Positions 55,390 to 64,000 of a DNA stretch of 64,000 bases are shown one piece after another. Below the pieces are notes generated by a model, which saw only the letters and a program-made list of their open reading frames with translations, was not told the origin of the DNA and searched no databases. The translations under genes and the position numbers were made by a program. The stretch is from Pirellulaceae bacterium. GTDB taxonomy: Bacteria; Planctomycetota; Planctomycetia; Pirellulales; Pirellulaceae. Within the stretch, counting starts at the first letter, position 1; the number at the start of each line of letters is the position of its first letter. The stretch is taken from assembly GCA_963767665.1 (NCBI GenBank), contig CAVYFC010000008.1, forward strand, positions 943,326 to 1,007,325, read 5' to 3'.

Positions 55390-56880
55390 TTAAGGGCAAT
55401 CGATCGCACATAAAGCGACTCGTACTCCTTGGCACTCCTGTCTCCATGACCAGTCTTGGGACATCCCCGTCTCGACAATCTGCGTCCATTTGGACGGATG
55501 GTGGTAGCGGAGATTCAGGGCGCGGCCGATCGCTTCGTCCAACGCCGCGGGGTGACTCGTGCTCACGTAGAACCCCGTTGCCGTGCCATCGGCGAGCGTT
55601 GTCTCGGTGCAATCGACCACCGTGTCGGCCAGTCCGCCGGTCGGTGTCACGATCGGGACCGTGCCGTAGCGAAGACTGTAAAGCTGATTCAGTCCGCACG
55701 GTTCGTAGTGGCTCGGCATCACGAAGACGTCCGAACCCGCTTCGATCCGATGGGCCAGTTCGTCGCTGAAGCCGACGTGGAGCGCAAAACGACTGGGGAA
55801 ACTGATCGGCCAAGATCGCGAAGCTCATCTTCGAACCTCGGCTCGCCGCTTCCCAGCACAATCCATTGCGTGGGGCGATCTTCACTGAGGTGCCAACGCA
55901 ACACGGGTAAAATCAGATCCCATCCTTTTTGCTCGGCCAACCGCCCGACCAAGCCGATCAAGGGAACCTCGTTGTTCACTTCCAGTTGAAACTGGTCCTG
56001 AAGGGACTGCTTGTTGACCCACTTTGCCCTCCCGCCACGACGCGAGGTCATAGTTGGCGCTGAGCCGCGGATCGGTTGCCGGATTCCAGACCGTTTGATC
56101 GATGCCGTTGGTGATTCCCACCACGTCGATCTAGCCACGCTCTGCAAGACCGCCATCGAGTCCGCAGCCATGTTGCGAGGTGCGGATCTCCTGTGAGTAT
56201 CGGGGGCTGACCGTGGTGATCATGTCCGCCTCATGATTCCCGTCTTCAGGAAGTTCAGTGGCCGTAAAACTCGAAGGACGTCGTGATGAAAATGCTTCCA
56301 ATCCAGGCCGGTCCACTCGAATGCCTGGGCGGGGAATTGGCCCTGGTATGCCAGGTTGTGAATCGTCATCACCGTTGGCGGCATCCTTGAGTCGGACCGT
56401 CGATCGACGGATCCGCTTGGATCAAGGCCGGCACCAATCCGCTTTGCCAATCATTGCAGTGAACGACATCAGGCGAACCACCGATGCGACCGATCGCTTG
56501 AATGGCGGCACGGCAAAAAAAGGCGAATCGCTCGGCATTGTCGGGATAGTCGCCGGCCGGCGGTCCCGTAGAGTGAATCTCGGTCGAAGTACTGCGGCTG
56601 GTCAATGAACCAGACCGGAACCGCTCCTCCGGGCAAGTGACGCTCTTGAGGAGCCGACATCCGACCAGTTTTCGTGGACTCATCGGAGATGGCAAAACTG
56701 ATGTCGGTCGGCTCCACCGGCAAGTCCGCAATGGTGCACGCTGCGAAAGGCTGGCATGATGACGGCCGCGTCGATGCCCCAAAGCCGAGGAACACGCGAC
56801 GGGAGCGTTCCGCAGACATCAGCCAAGCCGCCTGTTTTGGCAAAGGGAACAGCTTCGGTGGTCAGGTAGACGATGTTCAA
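55390..56880 (-). CDS. glgA: glycogen synthase (frameshifted)
   Basis: [86 protein letters not shown]. Confidence 0.95.
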
Positions 56881-57122
56881 ACTGATCTCGATCTAACGGT
56901 GCAGGCTGGGCACGCAATCCGTGAGCCTAAATCATGGCCATTCCATGCGATTCTGGGACTTCGCAGAGTGTAGTCGCCACCACCCGCTTGCACCACAACG
57001 AAGCACGCTTTGGGGGGCAATCGCGAGGATTGGACCGCTACGGATGCCTTATGGCGTTGGGGACGGCGTCGGCACGGGCTGACTGTTCCCAGATCGTCTG
57101 ACACGAGCTGGTCCGGCCGAAC

Positions 57123-57282
57123 GGATTCGGGGTCAAGGATCTTCGGGGCCAAGGATTCGGGGCCAAGGATTCGGGGCCAAGGATTCGGGGCCAGGCCACA
57201 CGCTCGGCGAAGATCGAGACATTCAGTAAAAGGATTCGGGGCCAGGCCACACGCTCGGCGAAGATCGAGACATCCAGTAAAA
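57123..57282. repeat. compound tandem repeat: ~4x 14-bp GGATTCGGGGCCAA followed by 2x 51-bp unit starting with the same motif
   Basis: 14-bp units at 57123, 57137 (16 bp), 57153, 57167; 51-bp units at 57181 and 57232 differing at one base. Confidence 0.9.
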
Positions 57283-57341
57283 TCTAGGATGTCGCTCTTC
57301 TCTGTTCTTGCCCCCCCCTCTCCGTTTGATCCCGTCCCAGC

Positions 57342-60300
57342 ATGTCGATTGCCCTCAGCGAATTCTGGACGCGGCTCGTGAGATCGGGCATTGCCGATGC
57401 CGAGGGCTGCAAGAAAGTGGCTTCGGCCTTCACCAAGGCTAACTCGGGAATGCCACCAGGCGATGCGCAAGCCGTGGCCCGCTTCATGGTCAAGCGTGGC
57501 GACCTGACGCGATTCCAAGCCCGCGCCATTTTCGCCAGCCCGCCGCGCGAGCTGCGAGCTGGGAACTTCCTGATTCGCTCTGATCAAACGCCGCCGCCAC
57601 TTGGGCGTTGGTTGGAAGCAGCACGCATCGATGATGGCAGAACTGGCTTGTTATTCCATGACGCCAGTGCGGGCGAGAGTCAAGGCTTTCGTGAGAGGCT
57701 TCAACTTCACCAGACGGTCAATTGCCCGACACTGCAGCCCTTGGACCCCGAGTTCCACGCTGGCTCGGTACTGGTCTTTTCCGTATTGCCCGACGGTGCC
57801 TGTCTGAGCGAATGCCTCGTGAAGGATCAAGCAATGTCCGCCGCGGACGTCTGTCGTCTGGGAATTGCCATCGCCGATGCGTTGGAGTCCCTGCATGCAG
57901 CTTTCGTGATTCACGGTCAGGTTCGTGCAGATCGTGTTTGGGTCAAGAAGCAGGGGGGCGAGTTACTGCTGCGAGATCCCTCCGTTTCGGCGTCATCGCC
58001 TCAGCAGGTGGGTTGGCTGGATCAGCTGGAGTCGTCGTCACTCTATGTGGCACCCGAATCGCATGGCGACCAGCAAGTGCTGAGTATCGCCACCGATATC
58101 TACAGTCTCGGTTGTCTACTTTTTCGACTCGCGACGGGAAGTTTTCCATTCCACGGCAAGACGGAATCGGAAACCGCTGCCGCCCACCGTTCCGAGACCC
58201 CTCCGGAGCTCTCACAAGCGATCACGCAGGGCGAGTCTGGCGATCCATTGCTGCGAGTCATCGCTTTTGCCATGGCCAAGAATCCCGCTTCGCGTTTCGC
58301 GTCCGCGGCGCAACTGTCGAACGCATTGAAAGCGACTGCGACACTGCTGAAGCGAGATGCCCCAGAGACTGTTGCGAAGCAAACGCGGGTCGAGCCAGCC
58401 ACGCCAAGCAAAAAGGCATCCGTCGATCTCACCGCCAGTACCAAGAGCAAGTCAGCTACCCTTTCCGCTGCTAGTCATGAGAGGACGAACAAGATTTCGG
58501 TTGAGGTTGCGGAAGAACCTTTGAGTCGATCTGAGATCAAGAAGCCAATGCGTTCGGTAGGGCCGAATCAAAAAGCTCCGCCGAGTAGTGACGCGCCGAG
58601 AGCTGATTCGAAGTCGATGCCCGGCACGACGGTGGGCCCGGCTGGTCCCCCTCACGCTCGTCCCCCGCAAGTTGGGCCCGCGATCGAGGCCCCACCAGAG
58701 GCAGGTTCATCCTCCAACGTAAAGCTTCGGTCGAAAACCACCACGGCTGAGCGTCCATCGAAGCGACGTCGAAAAAGGAAATCCAAGGCGCCACTTGTGC
58801 TGGGGGCATTGTGCGTTGCTTGCCTATTGTTGGTCATTGGATTGATGGTCGCCGACGACCAGGGGGAGGCTGAGCCTCCGGTTCGAAAGCGTCGCGCCAT
58901 GCCTACGGTGATTCCGCCAGTGAACAACGGTCTGGCGAACAACGGTCTGGCGAACAACGGGCAAGGACCGGCAATTGATCCGCCGCCGACTCTCAAATCG
59001 GGTTATGACCTGGTCTCGGACGAACGACTGCTCTTCGCGCCGCCCTATCCTGCCGACTCCATGAGTCCACCACTGGATCTACTGCCGCCTGGTCCGGCTG
59101 TGATCGTGACAGCAAGACTTTCCTCCATGAAGAGGGATCCCGCCGCGTCCGAATTGCTTGATGGGATTTCGCCAGAGCTTGCCGACATGATTGGGCTTGC
59201 TGCGGATCGTACAAAGGTATCGGCCGAGTCAATCAAACGTCTCACTGCTGCATTGCACCCAGACACCAATGGTTGGCCGGAGGTCTCGCTAATGGTGCAA
59301 CTGGAACAAGCGATTCCAGAGAACGAGTTAGCCTCGCGTCTGAAAGTGGGAGCGGCTCGCACAACGGACGGAGCCACCATTCAAGTTGGTGAAGACGATG
59401 CTGGCGATGCTTACTTTTGGAAATCATCTGATGCCGGATTGGTGGAGCGGTTTGCGATCGGTTCGATATCCCGTATCAGCGAAGTGGCAGCGATCGATGG
59501 GAGCGCGATTCCGCTACCAAGGACCGCTCAGTCACTCTGGAATGGCTCCAGTGACGAATCGGATTTGGTCGTCTTGTTCACCCCCAACTTCCTGTTCGCC
59601 GATGGTCGTGAACTATTGGGTTCATCCGTACCCGAGTTGGTTCGACCGCTTCGACGCCTGATGCAGCCGGATGTGGCTACCGCTTTGATATCCATCAGCT
59701 TGCACGATCGAGACCGTGTGTTCGTTGAGGCAATGTTTGCTCCGAGTGGTGGAATCAGCGAGGCGGCATTGATGCGCAAGATCGCCGACGCCGTGGCGAG
59801 CTGGCCGAAGTGGGCTGATGAGTTCATTTTGAATTCGGATCCCGATCCATCCTGGCGATTGCTCGCTACGCGACTTCCCTCGATGCTTCGCTTCGTCGAG
59901 AGCCAGGTTCGATTTGGGGTTTCCGATGGTCGCATTGTCGCCAATGCGTACTTACCCTCGAAGGCCTTTCCGCAAGTCGCCTTGGCGACTGCTTTGGCAA
60001 TGAATACGCGCTCGGAGGCGGACACAGCGCCCGCGACAGTACAGCGAGCGGAAGCAATGACCGTTGAACAGATCTTGGATCGCGAGATGTCGGTCTCTTT
60101 CGATCAGGAGTCCCTTGAGTTTGCCCTCGAGGCGATCGTCGATGCATTCACGCGCTCGCTGCCACCCGGATCGACGATGCCGCCGGCGCGAATCGTTGGG
60201 GGTGATCTACAGTTGATGGGGATCACCCAGAATCAGCAGGTGAGAGATTTCGCGAAGACCAACCTGCCTCTGCGAACCGTGCTGACGGATCTTGTTTTGG

Positions 60301-60482
60301 GGGCGAATTCCGACAAGACCGCCACGGGGCCGTCGGATCCGAAGCAAACCTTGATCTGGGTGGTTTCGGATGACCCCGCCAATCCGGGCCAAAAGGAAAT
60401 TCTGATCACGACCCGACAGGCTGCCCAGAGCAAGCGATATGAGATGCCCAGGGAGTTCATCGAGGCCGCCGTCGAACCGTGA
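57342..60482 (+). CDS. membrane-anchored protein-kinase-like (pseudokinase) protein
   Basis: IADALESLH..IHGQVRADRV, YVAPE, TDIYSLG, NPASRF; Pro/Lys-rich linker; TM LVLGALCVACLLLVIGLMV; large extracytoplasmic domain. Confidence 0.85.
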   Translation: MSIALSEFWTRLVRSGIADAEGCKKVASAFTKANSGMPPGDAQAVARFMVKRGDLTRFQARAIFASPPRELRAGNFLIRSDQTPPPLGRWLEAARIDDGRTGLLFHDASAGESQGFRERLQLHQTVNCPTLQPLDPEFHAGSVLVFSVLPDGACLSECLVKDQAMSAADVCRLGIAIADALESLHAAFVIHGQVRADRVWVKKQGGELLLRDPSVSASSPQQVGWLDQLESSSLYVAPESHGDQQVLSIATDIYSLGCLLFRLATGSFPFHGKTESETAAAHRSETPPELSQAITQGESGDPLLRVIAFAMAKNPASRFASAAQLSNALKATATLLKRDAPETVAKQTRVEPATPSKKASVDLTASTKSKSATLSAASHERTNKISVEVAEEPLSRSEIKKPMRSVGPNQKAPPSSDAPRADSKSMPGTTVGPAGPPHARPPQVGPAIEAPPEAGSSSNVKLRSKTTTAERPSKRRRKRKSKAPLVLGALCVACLLLVIGLMVADDQGEAEPPVRKRRAMPTVIPPVNNGLANNGLANNGQGPAIDPPPTLKSGYDLVSDERLLFAPPYPADSMSPPLDLLPPGPAVIVTARLSSMKRDPAASELLDGISPELADMIGLAADRTKVSAESIKRLTAALHPDTNGWPEVSLMVQLEQAIPENELASRLKVGAARTTDGATIQVGEDDAGDAYFWKSSDAGLVERFAIGSISRISEVAAIDGSAIPLPRTAQSLWNGSSDESDLVVLFTPNFLFADGRELLGSSVPELVRPLRRLMQPDVATALISISLHDRDRVFVEAMFAPSGGISEAALMRKIADAVASWPKWADEFILNSDPDPSWRLLATRLPSMLRFVESQVRFGVSDGRIVANAYLPSKAFPQVALATALAMNTRSEADTAPATVQRAEAMTVEQILDREMSVSFDQESLEFALEAIVDAFTRSLPPGSTMPPARIVGGDLQLMGITQNQQVRDFAKTNLPLRTVLTDLVLGANSDKTATGPSDPKQTLIWVVSDDPANPGQKEILITTRQAAQSKRYEMPREFIEAAVEP
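58923..58960. repeat. 15-bp in-frame tandem repeat (AACAACGGTCTGGCG x2.5; NNGLA)
   Basis: Read directly. Confidence 0.85.
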
Positions 60483-60768
60483 TGACTTCGGCACTTCTCT
60501 CAGCTGATGTCCTGGGTAGCTGGAGCCGATCTTCATCCGAGGTGCCGTTTTAGTGCATCGAAAGTCGACGATGCTGGACAAATGTCTCACTAGGCACGAG
60601 TCGTCTTCAACGCAGGGCGCACGATTGCTCCGATTGTGCAATCGATACGTTCATGAAAGGCACACGGCAAGGGAATCTTGTCCCCCTTTGAGGGGCATCC
60701 TTGGGTGTGCGCTCTAGTCTTCACTTGCTCACTCAATACAAACGCATAGGACGGCTTGGCCGGCGACC

Positions 60769-61725
60769 ATGCTAGGTGTGGATTACATCCCGATCAGCGT
60801 CGCGACGCTTCTTCCCACAGAAGCGGTTGGGCTAGATCTCTACCAGCAGGAACAGGAGTCTGAACGTCTGGTGCTCTACCGTGGCGCCGACTTTCCGCTC
60901 TCGTTTGAGGACCTGGAACGTCTTCGAGGTCGCGGGGTTCACCGCCTCTTCATCACAAAAGATTCGCGTTCGATCTACCAGAAATACCTGCGTAAGATCG
61001 CCACCTGCGATGATCCGGGATCGATCCCTCTGGCCGCCCGGGCCGGTGCGCTGACCGAGGTCGTACGGGACGTGCTGCAGGTTGCATTTGCCAAGGGAAG
61101 CGTCGATCAGACGATTCAAGCAGCGGAGCAGCTAGGTTCGCTGGCCGCCGACATTCTTACCAAAGACACCTTTGCAGCAAACGACCTGTTTCGCGTGTTG
61201 CACCATGACTACACAACATTCACCCACTCGGCGAATGTCGCCTTCTATTGCGGATTGCTCGCGGGTGAACTTGGATTCGACGCTGACGAGATCAAACAGG
61301 TCACCATCGGCGGTCTGTTGCATGATCTCGGGAAGCTCGAGATCCAAGAAAATATCCTTTGTAAAGCCGGGAGATTGGATGAGACGGAGTACCGACAGAT
61401 CCGACTTCATCCGACCTTGGGCTTCCGGAAGCTTGCCCATCGAGAAGATCTCGTCGAAGGCCAATTGATGATGGCGTATCAACACCATGAGCGCCTGGAC
61501 GGCAAAGGCTACCCAGTGGGTTGCGTGGAAGCGGACATTCATCCATGGGCCAAGCTATGTGCCGTGGTCGATGTCTTCGAGGCCCTCACCAGCCAGCGTC
61601 CTTACCGTACACCAATGCCCCGCAGCAAGGCATTGATCTTACAACAGCGCGATAGCGGGACCGCGTTCGATCCGGAGATGCTAGCGTGTTGGAAGAACGT
61701 TATTCAACACAGTTTCGCGAACTAG
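60769..61725 (+). CDS. HD-GYP cyclic di-GMP phosphodiesterase
   Basis: YTTFTHSANVA, LLHDLGK, HPTLG, HHERLDGKGYP, DVFEALTSQRPYR, FDP. Confidence 0.95.
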   Translation: MLGVDYIPISVATLLPTEAVGLDLYQQEQESERLVLYRGADFPLSFEDLERLRGRGVHRLFITKDSRSIYQKYLRKIATCDDPGSIPLAARAGALTEVVRDVLQVAFAKGSVDQTIQAAEQLGSLAADILTKDTFAANDLFRVLHHDYTTFTHSANVAFYCGLLAGELGFDADEIKQVTIGGLLHDLGKLEIQENILCKAGRLDETEYRQIRLHPTLGFRKLAHREDLVEGQLMMAYQHHERLDGKGYPVGCVEADIHPWAKLCAVVDVFEALTSQRPYRTPMPRSKALILQQRDSGTAFDPEMLACWKNVIQHSFAN

Positions 61726-62144
61726 TCAATTCCATCGATTGGGACATCGAGTTGCCCATCGAGTGGACTGACTATTTCCAAGACCGAGGTGAGGTTGGGT
61801 CCTACGCCGACGACGAGCGGAACAATCAGCGATTGAAAATTCGTACCCATGGTGTTCTTTGGTTCGATCAATCACTGCCCTTCTGTCCTCGCACGAAGGA
61901 TCCTGTGGGCATCTATACGAGAGACTTTTCCAGGAATGGCATTGGCTTTCTTGCACCGTTCCAAGTCTACCCGGAAGAGCAGGTCCGGATCGTACTGCCA
62001 ACTTTTTGGGTACAGCTCGCAGTCGTGCGTGCGCGACGGATCACCAGTCGATGCTACGAGCTAGGAGCGAAACTGACGTTGCGACATGATCCAAGCTCCG
62101 ATGCGTTTGCTTCGAACAGCTTCGCCGGATCATTGGATTCCTAG
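61686..62144 (+). CDS. PilZ-domain protein
   Basis: RNNQR (RxxxR) and DFSRNG (DxSxxG) at PilZ spacing; YELGA C-terminal strand. Confidence 0.78.
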   Translation: MLEERYSTQFRELVNSIDWDIELPIEWTDYFQDRGEVGSYADDERNNQRLKIRTHGVLWFDQSLPFCPRTKDPVGIYTRDFSRNGIGFLAPFQVYPEEQVRIVLPTFWVQLAVVRARRITSRCYELGAKLTLRHDPSSDAFASNSFAGSLDS

Positions 62145-62203
62145 AGCGTTTTCAGTGTTGATGTTCCAATCAGCTGGCTAGGTTGCTTAGGAAGACGCAC
62201 AAG
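62141..62203. mobile_element. degenerate short 'empty' relative of MITE family B
   Basis: Exact left TIR CTAGAGCGTTTTCA, internal CAGCTGGCTA, then 10 nt and GAAGACGCACAAG (10/13 to the TIR), same spacing as the filled copies. Confidence 0.55.
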
Positions 62204-62264
62204 CAGATGGCAGCCAGGGCAAGTGCAAGCTCGGTTCGCGATCTCGGATCGAGCGAGTCGACAA

Positions 62265-62365
62265 AGAACCTGTCCGAAAAGGGGTCTGACCCTCTCCGGC
62301 GAGGACAAGCACGCATTGAAATCGACTCGCCTCCAAAAGGTCAGACCCCTTTTCGGATAGGTTCT
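62265..62365. repeat. REP/MITE-like inverted repeat with AAAAGGGGTC core
   Basis: AGAACCTGTCCGAAAAGGGGTCTGACC / GGTCAGACCCCTTTTCGGATAGGTTCT (26/27); right end overlaps the methyltransferase TAG. Confidence 0.85.
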
Positions 62366-63077
62366 AAATCTGCAGTTGCATGACTCGAATGGGATGCTCC
62401 GGGTCGTCGTCGAGTGCCATTCGATGCTCCGTGTATCGCCAGCCTTTCGTCTGGATCCACTCTCGGAATTCATTAGCGATCAGGCGATAGGGATCGCTTA
62501 GGAGGACCTGTCCCGAAGTCGCCAAATGGTCTCGAAGGCAAAGGTCAAGCTCGGGCCAAAGACCTCGTAGATACGTCACGTCGCTTCCCAGGATCAGTGG
62601 AAATCTTGGCTCGTTCAGACGGTCGATGCCGAAGCGAAGGCGGCGAACGTGACAGCGATGCTGCATCGCCCAGGTGCTGAGTCGCACCAATAGGAGCGGA
62701 TCGGAAACGCCATCGGTTAGTGTGACGACCGCTCCGCGATGCGCCGCGGACAGCCCAACATGTCCGGTACCACAACCGAGTTCCAAGACGCGAGTTCCGC
62801 CGAGATCAAGTCGATCCATGTAGCGATCCAATCCAGCCGCTGCCCGCCAAGTCGTCGCCCAGAACGGATCGATGACTCCCGTTTGACCGGCGTCTTGGCG
62901 GCGGCAAGCATCAAGCAACATACCGTCCGGGTCGGATGCGACCGCTAGCTTTGAGACCTTTCCGGCAACCTCAATGGTCTGCCAATGCCAAGCGAATCGC
63001 TCGTGGGCTCGGCGGGCGATGGATTCCATCGCTGCATGGTGATCGCTTCTTCCAACAAGCTTACTCGCCAGCGTCAC
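62364..63077 (-). CDS. class I SAM-dependent methyltransferase (Methyltransf_16-like)
   Basis: DPFWATTW, VLELGCGTG..GL, LTD, ILGSDVTY, DPYR. Confidence 0.88.
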   Translation of the reverse strand: MTLASKLVGRSDHHAAMESIARRAHERFAWHWQTIEVAGKVSKLAVASDPDGMLLDACRRQDAGQTGVIDPFWATTWRAAAGLDRYMDRLDLGGTRVLELGCGTGHVGLSAAHRGAVVTLTDGVSDPLLLVRLSTWAMQHRCHVRRLRFGIDRLNEPRFPLILGSDVTYLRGLWPELDLCLRDHLATSGQVLLSDPYRLIANEFREWIQTKGWRYTEHRMALDDDPEHPIRVMQLQI

Positions 63078-63080
63078 ACC

Positions 63081-64000
<920 letters not shown>

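Noticed and set aside
57123-57282. Possible CRISPR array
   Set aside because: Units are contiguous or have duplicated rather than unique spacers; repeat is only 14 bp; no cas genes.

Overview
GC-rich chromosomal window from a planctomycete, most likely Pirellulaceae. The assignment rests on DUF1559 prepilin-like, PSD1/PSCyt2 + DUF1501 and planctomycete-style Ser/Thr kinase genes. About 50 genes are recognisable. Housekeeping: metG, asnB, rpsT, dapL, moeA, mobA, cobA-hemD, hemB. Operons: prkA-yeaH-spoVR; nucleoside hydrolase-rbsK-rbsBAC; glgA-galT-like-GH57. There are also many signalling genes. Genes at ~25.3-39.7 kb and ~46.4-56.9 kb carry many frameshifts, including essential ones, which looks like long-read assembly error; coordinates there are approximate. 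Best second-look items: (1) a clear c-di-GMP-I riboswitch (43312-43394) heading an orphan secreted-protein/TadG/TadE cassette between moeA and mobA; (2) a PspA-like/degenerate-FHA/membrane Ser-Thr kinase operon; (3) a DUF1559 pseudopilin with a CxxCH motif; (4) a TA-flanked MITE family whose internal loop is inverted between two copies, plus an apparent empty copy; (5) an active + pseudo-HtrA pair and a membrane pseudokinase. No rRNA, tRNA, CRISPR array, transposase or prophage was found.
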